A DNA stretch of 64,000 nt from Octopus vulgaris (Eukaryota). This document shows positions 45,432 through 59,029 of this stretch, in pieces; within the stretch, counting starts at the first letter, position 1, and every line of letters starts with the position of its first letter. The stretch lies in assembly GCA_951406725.2 (NCBI GenBank), contig OX597819.1, positions 67,456,001-67,520,000 of the forward strand. The letters are read 5' to 3'. The translations under genes and the position numbers were made by a program. The notes beneath the pieces were generated by a model, which saw nothing but the letters and a program-made list of their open reading frames with translations, searched no databases and was not told the origin of the DNA.

Positions 45432-45640
45432 ACCGTGAGCTGGCAGGATCTTTAGCACGCTAGGTGAAGTGCTTAGCGGTATTTCGCCTGTCTCTACCTA
45501 CTGAGTTCAAATTCCGCCGAGGTAGACTTCACCTTTCATCCATTCGGGGTCGATAAATTAAGTACCGGTGAAACACTGGGGTCGATGTAATCAGCAATCT
45601 TCCTTCCCCAACCTTCAGGCCTTATGCCTGTAGTAGAAAT
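45432..45640 (+). mobile_element. SINE family A
   Basis: GAGCTGGCAGG...GAGTTCAAATTCCGCCGAGG...TTCGGGGTCGATAAATTAAGTACC. Confidence 0.8.
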
Positions 45641-45956
45641 GATTATTATTATTGAGTGAGAGAGCAGCGCATGCCCTCACAGTGACATTGGGGTACAAAT
45701 ATATGAAGCCATCTATACCCAACATGACTACCCATCAGGTACGTGTATACCAAGATCATGTATAACAGCCACATGTGCGCGACATGGTGATCTCACAACA
45801 AAATATATTTGCAAAATTGTAATCTCAAAAGATAGAAATAATAATTATAAAGCATATTGTTTTCCATACTAACAGTTCAAAAAGTCTCATCGACTGAAAC
45901 GGGTACTGAAATGCTTTTTATATAATTATTTTAGCATTTTCTACCTTAACTTTTTT

Positions 45957-46012
<56 letters not shown>

Positions 46013-46113
46013 TTAATAAATCTGAACGAAACACTCATGTTCCTAGAGAGTAATTATCGAAAACAACACAGAATTCCTCTCAACAATTGGTTATGATGCT
46101 CCCCCACTAACTG

Positions 46114-47212
46114 TTTTCAGATTCCAAATTCGAGTTACCTCTACTTCCAGGTCTTTGTATTTTGAAAGTCTCTCCATTTCTTTTAGAGACATGTTGTCAT
46201 CTGCTGGTATTGTTACATCAATTAGGAAGCATTGTTTTCTTCGTGATCTCTGATAACTATATATGGCCTGTTGGCCTTAATTTTTCTATCTGTGTGTATT
46301 TGCATATCCTTGAGTATGGTCGCTTACTCGTTTTCTGTGACATTTTCTAGTGTGTGCCTATACCATCTTTTTTCTGTTGTTATTCCACAGTATTAGCATA
46401 GCTTCCAGTGTATATAGGTCCCAACTCTGTCGTGTCTGTGAATATATTCCTTCTTAGCCAGGGCTGGGCAGCGAGCGATAATCTGATTTATTGTTTCTAG
46501 CCCATCTTCACATATTCTGCAGTTACTTGTTATGTTTCTTTTCATTATATGTTTTTGCTAATTTCTGTTGGGGAGGCTTTGGTCTTGTGCTGCAAATAAT
46601 AATCTCTCCGTCTCTGCTTTGAGTCCTGAACATCTCAACCATTGCTGGGATTTTTCTTTGTCTATTTCTTTTGCATTTAGTTTAGTCCAGTATTTGCCAT
46701 GAAGGGATTTTTCTTGCCATTGTTTCATCATGGTCCGTTGCTGTTCTATTTTTAGTTTGAAATTCATTTGTTTTATAGCTTTTGTTGTTTCTTCTTCTTA
46801 TATGTTAGGTAGTATGATTTCTTGTTTGTATTTGTCAGCTTCCTTAAATACTGAGAACTGTTTTTTGTTGTGCTTGTGTGTTGTAGCTATTTGTATTAGT
46901 TTTCATTGCTTCTGAAGTAGGTATTTTTGCAGTCCTATGGTGGTTATATTATAATAGTTTTCCAGCTGTATAAGGCCTCTACTACCTTCTATACGTTGTA
47001 TATATAGCCTTTCTATATCAGATTTTGGGTGATGAATCCTAGATCCTGTCATTATTTTTCTTGTTTTCCTGTCTATTTTGGTTAGTTTAATTAGCGTCCA
47101 GTTAAGGATATTGTAGCTGTAACTTATAACTGGGACGGCTAAATTGTTAATAGCTTTTATCTTGCTTTTATCATTGAGCTCTGTTTTTATTATTGATCTA
47201 AATCGTCTATAG
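46114..47212 (-). mobile_element. R4/Dong-like element fragment (RT C-terminus, CCHC finger, RLE), same family as 43393-43813
   Basis: AINNLAVPVISYSY, IDRKTRK, HHPKSDIERLY, LHGKYW, QWL..SGLKAETE..LFAAQDQSL; 46114-46290 aligns to 43655-43813; 5' end abuts (TAT)n. Confidence 0.8.
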
Positions 47213-47233
47213 TTATTATTATTATTACTATTA

Positions 47234-47282
<49 letters not shown>

Positions 47283-47345
47283 CATTATTTCTATAATTAT
47301 TATAACCTTTATTATTATTTTCATTATCAACATGATTATTATTAC

Positions 47346-47408
<63 letters not shown>

Positions 47409-47700
47409 ATATTCTTCTTTCTTTTTTTTCCTTTTTTTCCCGTCGTCTTCATTTTCTGTTTTTTCTGCCTTTTCCTTTCCGCCTGTTGTAATTGTAACCT
47501 AAAAAACTGATTGCTCTCGTTCATACTATACGTTAAAATTTCTATAATTTTGAATTCTTATAACTTCCTATTTTGAACTTCACAAAAGCAGATTTACTTT
47601 TGAAATATCGTTCAACCAATAAAATATCTTACGATCGAATCATGTTCTTCGTCTTGACTATTTACTTTTATGAACAGTAACGTAAATCCTTTTTAAAATA

Positions 47701-47773
<73 letters not shown>

Positions 47774-48124
47774 CATCGGAATAACTTTATTCAATTTAGC
47801 ACTAATTTTATGCGTGTATTTACTCCTATGAAGCGATTGATGAAAATGACAAATGCAAATTGTATGTTTTGCCATGCAAATATTATCTTGTAATAGCTGC
47901 AAGGAAAATATAAATTACGCGATTCTTTTGTCCACGTGGCTATATCCCTTCTATATCTCTTTTTTTTTACACCAGTTTGTAATCATGGAGCCACATGAAG
48001 GCATATACGTATACCGGACGAAAATAGGGCAAGGCTAGTTGACACCTTGAGGGACATCAAACCGATTACCTGAAACTGTGAGACATACTTGGCATTAAAA
48101 GATGTAGTGCCCGATCTAAATTTA

Positions 48125-48355
48125 ATTCTTTATTGCCCACAAGGGGCTAAACATAGAGGGGTCAAACAAGGACAGACAAAGAGACTAAGTCGATTACGTC
48201 GATCCCAGTGCGTATCTGGCACTTATTTAATCGACCCCGAAAGGATGAAAGGCAAAGTCGACCTCGGCGGAATTTGAACTCAGAACGTAACGGCAGACGA
48301 AATACCGTTAAGCATTTCGCCTGGCGTGCTAACGTTTCTTCCAGCTCGCCGCCTT
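48125..48355 (-). mobile_element. SINE family A
   Basis: High similarity to 12866-13096. Confidence 0.85.
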
Positions 48356-48379
48356 ATGCCCGATCCAAATTAGCGACCT

Positions 48380-49072
48380 ACCTTTCTGGGTGGCCCCACC
48401 AGTTGCCCAGATGAGGTGACCACCACGTTAAGGTTGATGAGGAAATACGATCCAGGCTTCAGGTGAGTATTGATGCCAACCCACTCGCAACCGTTCAATG
48501 GGTGAAGAGGCACTTAGATGCAGCATTGCCCGGAAAGTTCCCTGTTTCCGCGTCTGCAATTACACAGGCAGTAGATGGGGTGATGATAACTATGAAGTTG
48601 GCCCAAGACTCCCATATGGAAGAAATGTCCCAAGATTTCTAGATATGAGTACGCACATTGGTTCATGGAAGAAGGAGATGTCGGCCATTGTACATTCATT
48701 GATGAATGTGGGTACATTTTGACCAGTGTGTCTTTCGGATGAGCCCCTCGCGGCGTGCCTGTTCGCTGAGTTGTCTACCGTCAGCGTGGGAAAAACTGCA
48801 ACGTCACTTTTGCGGTGTCGGGAGAACTCGGCCTGGTTCACCACTCTTTCGAGCAATTCTTGATGCAAACATTTCGAGCATACACAGAAATTCTTCTAGC
48901 AGATGAATCAGCTTACTTGATGTCCGACATGGAAGAATTTCGAGTACATGTCACACAACAGCTCGTAAGGCGTAACATCGAGGCTATCTCTCCAGAAAGT
49001 TGTGTTCATTGGTATAGACACACCCAGATCTACTTCAGGAGATGCTTCGACCGCCAGAAAATAGAAGGCTAA
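48380..49072 (+). mobile_element. IS630/Tc1-type transposase relic, internally deleted
   Basis: PYGRN, YEYAHWFMEEG..GHCTFIDECGY (first catalytic D context), C-terminal ISPESCVHWYRHTQIYFRRC. Confidence 0.6.
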
Positions 49073-49859
49073 ATCCTCTCAGACGAAGTCTCCTTATCAA
49101 GATTGTAAATAAATAATTAACTTAGTGCACATAGCACCCTTACCCTGATGAAAGAAAAAAATGCAAAATCAAAGAAATATATACTTTTCGCAACAAGACA
49201 TTTTATGCAAAGGAAGAACACACATCACAACATAATATATTCAAACTGAAATAAAATTAGCATTCTTAGTTGTGAGATTCTTTAAAAAGATTGAAAAGGT
49301 TGGAATACGAATTCAAGAAGTCTTTAACAATAAATACATGCACCTATGAAAAACTTTAAAAACGCATAGAAAAGACATGGGCAGGTTAGAGTGTTGAAAC
49401 CTTAAACAATAGACGAAAACACGTGATTATGATAACAATGATGATGAGATAAAACCAATAGAACTAGCGTACTAATTTGATTGATCGAAGTGTTAAATAG
49501 ATTGCTCCGAAGCGAATTTGAATGCTTGAAAAGACGCTTCCTCGCGTTCCGACTAATTTCAATGCCCTCGACGGGCATTTTGATTTGAATGATGTAAGTG
49601 TTAAATCCCTTAACCGAAGTGCGAAACAGAATGATCGAATAACTAATTTCATGGCGATATCTTTTTCGATTTTGAATGACTGCAAAAACTATACTATATA
49701 AATACGATGAAGCACTATTTCTGGTTTGTATTGTAGCTAATAAACATAAAATGCATGTTATAAGGTTATTACACAGAGGATGATAATTATATCTAAGAAT
49801 ACACATATATGTGTATGTGTGTGTACATGCATATATATATATATATATATATACATATA

Positions 49860-49904
<45 letters not shown>

Positions 49905-49910
<6 letters not shown>

Positions 49911-50116
49911 TTTTGCCACAAGAACAGCCATTGTGGGGCAGGGGATAATTCGATTACATCGACTCTTGTGTTCCATTGGTACTTTATTTAACGACCAAGA
50001 AAAGATGAAAGGCAAAGTAAACCCCGCCGGAATTTGAACTCAGACACTATGGATAGACGAAATACCGCTAAGTATTTCACCCGGTATGCTAACGAGTTCG
50101 CACGATCTCTGCCTTA
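49905..50116 (-). mobile_element. SINE family A (diverged)
   Basis: GATGAAAGGCAAAGT...GGAATTTGAACTCAGA...GAAATACCGCTAAG. Confidence 0.75.
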
Positions 50117-50117
50117 A

Positions 50118-50306
<189 letters not shown>

Positions 50307-51052
50307 TATATATAGGGAAGAGTCTGTCTGTCTGTGTTTTTTCATCGTTTTATCAATTTTGATGAAACTTGACACGTGAGTAGAACTAACATATCATGTT
50401 TGGAAACCGCACGGCATACTCAAATTTTTTTAAAAATTGATATTATGCCCCATGGAAGGGATCTTTTTATATACCTAATACATTTTAAAAATCAAGGGAA
50501 ATAACCAATTCGCCGCTGGAATGTATCATTATATAAAACCAAGGGAAATAACCCATTCACTTTCCTAAAATATTTAGCAAAAATGAAATTAAGTATGCTT
50601 ATTGCGTAGTACTTGAACAGTTAGAGTTATTTCGGCAATTTATCCTGAACAACCTTTAAATAAGTAAATAGTATTTCCTAGACAATACATCCACTTATTT
50701 TGGTGAGTGAATTATTCATGAATATAACAACACTAGCGCCGCTGATGGTAATATTCTCTGGGAATGCACAGGAGGCCATTTCTGAGTTATTTACTTTGAA
50801 TAGTTTTTATCTCATATCTGATTAGATTGTTAATACGTAACATGCTTCACGATTTTTGTATACATACCGTATTAGAATTTCCTCCTATATTCTATATACT
50901 CTGAGAAATCATTAAAGCCGCTTTCGATGCAACTTTATTTGAATTCTTAAATAACTGACTTCACAATTTCGGTATTCATAACTTATTGGGAATTCCTAAA
51001 AGCAAGACAGTTCGGTATTTCCTGTAAATGCAAAAAAAAAAAAAACGTTTCA

Positions 51053-53218
51053 AGTTAGTTAGTTAGTTAGTTAATTTGGCTCAAAAGCAAATAGCAAGGC
51101 CATGTAGGGGGACATGGAGTTAAGTACAGGGTGGTGTTCATGTAAAGAGTTCAGGCCACTTGTGGTCAAGGGAGGCTTTGAACAAAGCCGTCGTCGGCAT
51201 CTTCACCATCTCGTCTGGCAGCTTGTTCCATGGATCCGCAACCCGGACGGAGAAAGCTCCTCTCCTTCGATTGAGATGAAATCGTCGCAGGTAGAGCTTT
51301 TCGGAATGACCCCGCAGCTGACGCTCTGAAGCAGGAGTGAAGAACAGCTCTTTCGAGAGGTTACACTTTCCGCTTATGATGTTGTGGGCGAGAATGAGAT
51401 CACCACGACGGCGGCGTTTTTCAAGAGAATAAAGGTCGAGCGTCCTCAGCCTTTCTTCATAGGACAAATTTTTGAGACCATGAACCATGCGGGTAGCCAG
51501 CTTCTGGACTCTTTCGAGATGCTGTATGTCTTTGAGGAGATAAGGAGAAGAGGCTTGAATCCCGTACTCCAATATGGGTCTCACCAGCGTGACATAGGGT
51601 GGTAGGAATATGGCTGCTGTGAGCATTCCGAATGACCGTCGAATCAAGAACAGAATTCCGCGTGCTTTGTTGGCAGCATGGACGCACTGGGCCGAAGGCG
51701 AAAAGGAGGAATCCACCAAGATACCCAGGTCCTTTACCTGATCGGTCCTCTCCAGCAGCAGACGACCCGGCTCGAAATCAAGTTGAGTTGCAGGAGGAGA
51801 GCCAACAGGCAGATGACAGCACTTTGACAGGTTCAGACACAGGTCCCAATCGTTAGACCACTTCCAAATTTGGTGGAGGCATCGACGAAGATCCTCTATA
51901 TCACCGCGAGGAGCGACCAGTTTGATATCGTCGGCAAATAGAAGGGTGTGTTGCGTGAGGTCGTCGGGCAAGTCATTTATGAAGACTTGGAAGGAGCGAT
52001 CTGAGAGGAAGGCACCAACCCATCGTACAATATCCGGATGGAAACTATATGCTTGAAGCTTGACAAATAATAGGCGGTGGTTTACCGAGTCAAAAGCTTT
52101 GGCAAAGTCCAATAAAACGATGTCAACAGCATCACTATCATCGAGGATGCGCGTCACCAATTCTCCCATTACCAGTAAGTTGGTCAAGCATGATCTCTTC
52201 GGCACGAAGCCGTGTTGGGAATCAGAGATAGAGGCTGTGTTTTGGAGGTGGAGCATCATACTTTTCTTAAGGATGGTTTCGAACATCTTGCTGATTATTG
52301 AAGTCAGGGAAACCGCTCGGTAGTTAAACGGGTCATCGCGGCTCCCTTTCTTGAAAATTGGGCAGATTATCGCTGTTCTCCAGTCCGCAGGTATCACACC
52401 CGTTGAGTTTTGTACACCTCAAAAGCTGCAGCCGAATCCAGATTTTTGAATTCAGCCCAAGCAATATCTCTGAGTCGACGTTCTCGTTTAACCTTCTTCG
52501 TCACCCAGGGCTTGTGTTTCTTCTTCTTGGGAAGCCCAACGGGAACTGCCTGGTCAGTCAACCAGATTACATATGCTTTGAGGGATAACCATAGTTCGTC
52601 AACTGAGGACAACGTCATCAGGGATCGCCAGTCCAGAAGCGCGGAAGCCTCGGTTAGAATTTCAAGATTAATTGCAGAGAAGACTCTACGTGGCAGCGAA
52701 GTAGTCGTGGGCGTAGAAAAAGTTGTGTGCATGACGAACTTCAGGACCGCATGATCACTCTTGGCAAGAGGGGCGCACACAGATACGTCTGACACTGATC
52801 TTGGATAGCGGGAGAATACCAGATCCAGCATAGATGGCTGCTGCCCAGACCGATGCCTTGTCGGATATTCACCATGTTGCGATAGAAAACAATCTTCAGC
52901 CACGTCAAGAAGGGCCTGGCCGAACCGGGAAGATGTTGTACAAATTGATGCGGGCCAATCGATTGTGGGAGCGTTGAAGTCTCCTAGTACCAAACAGTCA
53001 TGCGAAGCAGAAACGAATCTTATCGCTTCGAGTAAATGAGCATCGTCCTGGGGGTCGGCAAGAGGCGGCCTGTAGACAGCTAACACGGGCAGGCAAAACT
53101 CGGATAGGCTCAAGGTTTACATAATTTCTTTGTTGTTACTGGATTAGCGAAAAAGTTATGAAAACAGCAGAACCAAGGGAAGAGTCCTGCTTCCCTGGAA
53201 TTACGGTGTGCGTTGTAT
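51053..53218 (-). mobile_element. CR1-group LINE, fourth family, with two internal deletions
   Basis: APE (YRPP, GDFN, PTR, LDL, SDH) joined out of frame to RT (NYRAVSL, LDFAKAFD, FADD, DLG, SLEKRR); linker and PQG motif missing; (TAAC)n tail. Confidence 0.9.
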
Positions 53219-53468
53219 AGTATAGTATAGTATAGTATATATAAATATATATATATATATAGGGACAAGAAGGCAAAACATCCAGATAGATGATACAAAA
53301 AAAAAACAATGACGGGTCATTCGGAGTTTTCTTTCCTCAGTTGAGTTCCACATTATCTTTGCAATTTCGGCTGCTTATACACGCGATTGCTCCGATCTGG
53401 CCAGCCCCAATGAAACATTATGCTAAGGGCATTAGATTCCTTGGAAGAAAGCAGCGAATGTATACGAA

Positions 53469-53540
<72 letters not shown>

Positions 53541-55887
53541 TTCATTAAATATATATTCTTCATCAAATTACGGATCACAATATGCGTAATAAGTAGTACT
53601 CTGTAAGGATAGGCTATGTAGAATCTGCCTCAGACATTTCTACAAGTTTTCGACAAGTCTGCTCTCCTCGTGTTCATTTGAATAACACTTCATTTAACGT
53701 TGCCCCAGTTTACTCAGCTGACAAAATTGAGAAAATTGCGACGGAACGGCATCCCGTCTAGATGGAGAATGTATACGCCATGAAATCGGGAATCAGACCC
53801 GTATGATTCGGTATGACTCGAGAAGCGCAAAAGCGACTGATACGCAGTGATACAAGCGTACATCGTGGTTGGAAATCATTATTTTCCCTTTAGACTTATT
53901 CACATCCTTTTGTTATGTCCCACAGTGCAGTGACAACTGTACCTTCCTTTACATCTTGAATATTAATGTGTTATTACTTGGAGTTTTAACTATTACAATC
54001 TTTCCATAATTTTGCAGAGCACATATGAGTCATTCTGTAGGTGTGAATATACGTAACCAGCACTCAGGTATTGTCCGACCTATGATCGACAATGTATCAA
54101 AATCCTTCCAACGAATACACTCGTCAGTAGCGGTTTCTAATTCCTTTCTTCACTGCATAACAACTACAAAACAAAAAAGAGAGTGATAAATGTTCGGATG
54201 GTGTTGCCGTAGCATCGCTATATCCCACTGGCCGAAGCATATAATCTAAAATTTCGAACTCACGGCCGTCCTAAGATATTTGGTGATACAGGCATTTTTT
54301 CGCTATTAAAAATGGTTGTACTTATAATATTATGTATGTACCATTTATCGAATGCTTATTTTACTGTTAATATTATTGGTTCTAATTTACTACTAAAGAT
54401 ACCCGACTGTCTTTGTGAATAAATGTTTCTTTGTAAGGCGAAAATTAGGAAATTAATATTTATAAAATATTTTATCATTAATCTTTTCGGGTGATTACAC
54501 ATTTTAGTTAGAGAAAGAAAGACATCATTATCTATGATCTGTGTGATTAAACACAATTTTTACTCTCATTACTCGAAGTTTGATATTTGTTGTAGAACGT
54601 TTAAGTAATGAACACAATAAAGCGTATAGGGAAAATGTCAAGAGAACAATTAACCCTTTTCCCATAGCTTCAATCATAAAAGACAACCGGCTCAGAAAAT
54701 CTCCCTTCAATTATTGACAAACAATGATCACCAGATCTACTACGTATTCACGTCAAACTCTTTACTTTTTCTCTCTTTCACGTATCCTGTGTTTCTCCCC
54801 CGCCCATGTTTCTCTCTATTCTTTGAGATATAAATTCTGATATTTAGGAAGCGCTTCGGTGTAACTTATTTATAAAAAATAAGGCAAGCCTGTCCACTAA
54901 TATCCGATCACACACGCGCACTCACACATACACATGCATACACATATATGTAAGCATGTATATGTGTCTGTGTGTATACATATATGTATATACACATATA
55001 TACATATGTGTATATACATTTATATACATATTTATACACACGCATACAAACATGCATATATACACATATAAGAAATGGTGTTGAAGTCGTCATCATAAGT
55101 GTACCTAAGGGAAAAATACAAACACATGACAAATCACTTAGCAAAATTCAAACACATCTGCATCATTTGCACTAACAGACATTTACATGAGAGAACAATT
55201 ATCACACGAATTAATAGAAAACTGACTGACAACATGTCACCCGCACGGAACGAAGTATTCAAAGAAAAATTTGCAGAGATTAATAATCATAACTTTTAAA
55301 CACTGTGTTATGATTGTCATTTACCAAGAGATGAGTGTTGTGGAGTTTGATCGTAATGACAATAAAAAACCGAAATGGCTTCGTTCCTTATCCAAACGCC
55401 TCACAACAGTTTTAGGAAATGTATTGGTTTCCAGACACTATCTTTAGGCGCCAAGGGAATAGTAAAACCCCAAGCCATCAGCTGCATCCTTCAGATAGAT
55501 TGTATAAAGTTTATCCAAAATGTCGAGAAGCACTACAAACGGGCAAACGAATGACCCTTAAACATGACCTTCGGGCAGTAAATGAACAATTTTGTTATCA
55601 ATAAATGCACAAAATACTACGACAAATGTATTACACATAAGTTTACGGCAAACTCAGAAGCGTTCTTATCGCAGTATAAAATGCGATGCCATAAAGTTTC
55701 GGGATCTCTCTCCCTTGGATGACCTAGTATCATTTTGGGGAGACACTTGGGTAGCAAACAAGCAGCTCAAAAGTGAAGAAACGGGGTTAGACGAGCCATG
55801 GAGTGACTACTGTGAGAACATCGCTCCCAAAAACGGACATGACAAAAACTGCTGAACGGTAAAACATCTGAAAGAGACCTGGTTCTA

Positions 55888-56142
55888 TTGGGTCGGTTCA
55901 TAATTATTGCGGCTTTTTTTTTCAAGAAGTTTAGTTCAACAAAAACAATAACAATATTTAAGAAATATCACCTTTAAATGACGGTCTGACCGTCTGCGAA
56001 GCAAATGGGAACCAGTAATTGAAGTAGATGGTGAATATGCTCCGGAATGATCATTTAAAGATGTTTTTGTTAAACGTTGTTATTGTTTTTGATGAGTAAA
56101 ATTTGTTGAGAAAAACACCACAATAACTATGCACCAACCCAA
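55888..56142 (+). mobile_element. Mariner-derived MITE with TA target duplication
   Basis: TA|TTGGGTCGGTTCATAATTATTGCGG ... CCACAATAACTATGCACCAACCCAA|TA; inverted similarity extends about 80 bp inward; interior encodes RLRSKWEPVIEVDGEYAPE* (mariner C-terminus). Confidence 0.8.
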
Positions 56143-56642
56143 TATAATATTGCTAACTTTAGTAGAATGTTTTTCAGGAAAGTCATGCATCACACAAATT
56201 AACCCATATCTTCTAATCCGTCTCAGTGTCGGTATCATTTTATCCGTACCGTTACAGATGCAAAGCTTTTCAGCAATCATACTTTCATTCAAATCGTTAG
56301 TATTTTATTTATGTATTCCTGGATAACAATCAGTGTCTCTGTTTGTCCATCACCTTCTTTTATTTTGTGCATACTTTGATGACGTTACTCTGCGAGAATC
56401 ATTAAATCGTACACTGTAATGTTGTCACATTTTTTAATTGCTGTACGTTTTCGTACTGTCTGTCGTCATTTATTCTATAATCCTTGAAGCGTCTTCAACT
56501 GCAAGCTCTACTATTTTGATTTATAAATTTACCGGATGACCTAACCTCGGTTAGAATTCTCATCGAAGCGGTGCATCTCAAAAAAGGATAACAGTTTACA
56601 TTGTAATTGCTATAAATATTGCATTTTTGTTGACGACACTTC

Positions 56643-56702
<60 letters not shown>

Positions 56703-56789
56703 TATAAATATATATATATACATACATATATATAAATATATATATATATACATACATATATATATATATATATATACATACATACATAT

Positions 56790-56822
<33 letters not shown>

Positions 56823-56823
<1 letters not shown>

Positions 56824-57085
56824 ATACACCAACCCTATACATACACACGTCCAGACCCCGCATACGCACTTATACTCTCTCATACACACACACACACACT
56901 TATACATACCAATACGTACTAATACATACTAATACATACTAATACATACACCAACCCCATACATACGCACGTCCAGACCAATCCTACGCACTAATACTCT
57001 CTCATACACACACACACACACACACACACCCTTATACATACTAATACATACACCAACCCTATACATACACACATCCAGACCCCTC
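56823..57085. repeat. Three-copy minisatellite (about 100-125 bp period)
   Basis: CATACACCAACCC.ATACATAC.CAC.TCCAGACC recurs near 56823, 56944 and 57046. Confidence 0.8.
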
Positions 57086-57212
57086 TATTAGCTGGTCCCT
57101 CAACCCTTTTATCAACCCTATTATCTCCCCTTATTTCGCTCTCGCGTCTCATGTTTAATCTTTGACCTCTGGCCGAAATCAGATCGCCATGTTGATTCGT
57201 TAGCTACTGCAC

Positions 57213-57670
57213 GCATTTTTTTCTCTCCTTCTTTCTGTGTTTTTCTCTCTCTGTGTATCTTTCTATTGAAGAGCGTAGGCTCGAAACGTTAAAGACTTGT
57301 TTTATTTATATTTACTGAGCGCCATACTAATACAATTGTTCGTTTGTTTTCCACCTGCCTTCGTCTTTTGTTTATTTTCATAAAGCTTCCCGTTATATAT
57401 ATATATACATACATACGCATACATATATATATATATATACATACATATATATATATATACATACATATATAGATAGACAGATAAATAGATAGATAGATAT
57501 ATATATAGATATATATATAGTTGAAATTTACAGAAAAACAAAAGACGAAGATGGGTCTATAAACAACAAACAGTTTAACACTCGGGAAGGTGAGAAAGTA
57601 TTTTACGTTTCAAGCCTACGCTCTTCAACAGAAACGAACACGAAGAAATAAGCAGAGAGAATAAAAAGGG
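57213..57670. repeat. Inverted pair of the hammerhead-like short repeat around a TA-rich microsatellite
   Basis: 57213-57393 (+) and 57519-57670 (-) are diverged reverse complements (GAAGAGCGTAGGCTCGAAACGT / ACGTTTCAAGCCTACGCTCTTC). Confidence 0.7.
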
Positions 57671-58074
57671 AATATATATATGCATATATATTTTTTTGTG
57701 TGTGTCTGTTTGTCCCCCACCCCATCATCTCTTGACAACCGACTTTGGTGTGTTTAGGTCAGCGTAAATTTGCGGTTCTGCAAATAGGACCAATAGAATA
57801 TTACTAGGCTTACAACGAATAGGTCCTAGCAACAATTTGTTCCACTAAAGTAGAAATTCATAGAAAAACAAAAGACAAAGACAGGTGTATGTACAACAAT
57901 CAAGTGAATTAGTTTGACGCTCGGGAAAAATGAAAAAAGCTTGTAGATTTCAGTGACACAGGATGGCGAATATATATGTGCGTGTTCATATACATACATA
58001 CATATATACATATAGTCTGTGGCGTATGTGTTCCCCCCAGGTGGACGGGACGCCAGTCCATCGCAGCGTTACTC

Positions 58075-58232
58075 AATAAACAGGAAGAGAGAGTGAGAGA
58101 ATATTGTGGCGAAAGATTACAACAGGGTTCGCCGGAGCCTCAATAAACGCACACAACGCCCGGTCTGGGAATCGAAACCGCGATCCTCCGACCGCGAGTA
58201 CTTTGCCCGAACCACTAGGCCATTGCGCCTCC
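58075..58232 (-). mobile_element. SINE family C, 5' part
   Basis: GAGGCGCAATGGCCTAGTGGTTC...GGTTTCGATTCCCAGACC. Confidence 0.75.
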
Positions 58233-58237
58233 GCAAC

Positions 58238-58271
<34 letters not shown>

Positions 58272-58272
58272 T

Positions 58273-58335
<63 letters not shown>

Positions 58336-58337
<2 letters not shown>

Positions 58338-58508
58338 TTAATATTTAAATACCTCGCACTTATGAACTTCAGCATTAACTTTCTAATTTACATGATTGTT
58401 GGTAACAAAAATTTTCGCGAAAATCTGACAAAATATGTTTGCAAAACCAAAAAAAAAAAGAAAAGAAATGAACGAGATTATATATTTTATATTAACACGA
58501 CAATCTAA
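58336..58508 (+). pseudogene. GPCR relic: TM7 and helix 8 only
   Basis: LIFKYLALMNFSINFLIYMIVGNKNFRENLTKYVCK aligns to LDTLACANNSLNFILYFVASKMFRENLKQICC; upstream is (GT)n and a SINE. Confidence 0.7.
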
Positions 58509-58912
58509 TTTTACATAATTGTAAATATTGCTACTAATTATCTTTATTACCATTTGTATATCCACAAATATTTAACAAAACTTACACAACCACGTACTTA
58601 CTGCCATATATTCGCTTCAATTATATCAACACATACAAATTTATATAAGTGAACAATTCTCTTTCTTAAGAATTAGTGAAATTTTTTTTTAAATGATTAA
58701 TTGTATTAATTTATATTTCAAGATCAAATAACGCTTTTCTATCATTCAGTTCTATGTATTCGTGTCCGTTGATATACATTAGTGCCTCGGTTCTCGAATA
58801 AATCGTGCTTTATACACACACACACACACACATATATAATATATATGTATGTATGTATAGATAGATAGATAGATAGATAGATATATAGATAGATAGATAG
58901 ATAGATAGATAG

Positions 58913-58959
<47 letters not shown>

Positions 58960-58962
58960 GAT

Positions 58963-59029
<67 letters not shown>

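Noticed and set aside
53350-53420. GGCTG/CAGCC-GAAA-TTGCAA on the minus strand, partial hammerhead shape
   Set aside because: No CUGANGA box or UH site.
56129-56326. ORF containing INPYLL, similar to the GPCR TM2 lead-in
   Set aside because: No TM1 GN or TM2 D in register; it starts inside the MITE TIR; treated as coincidence.
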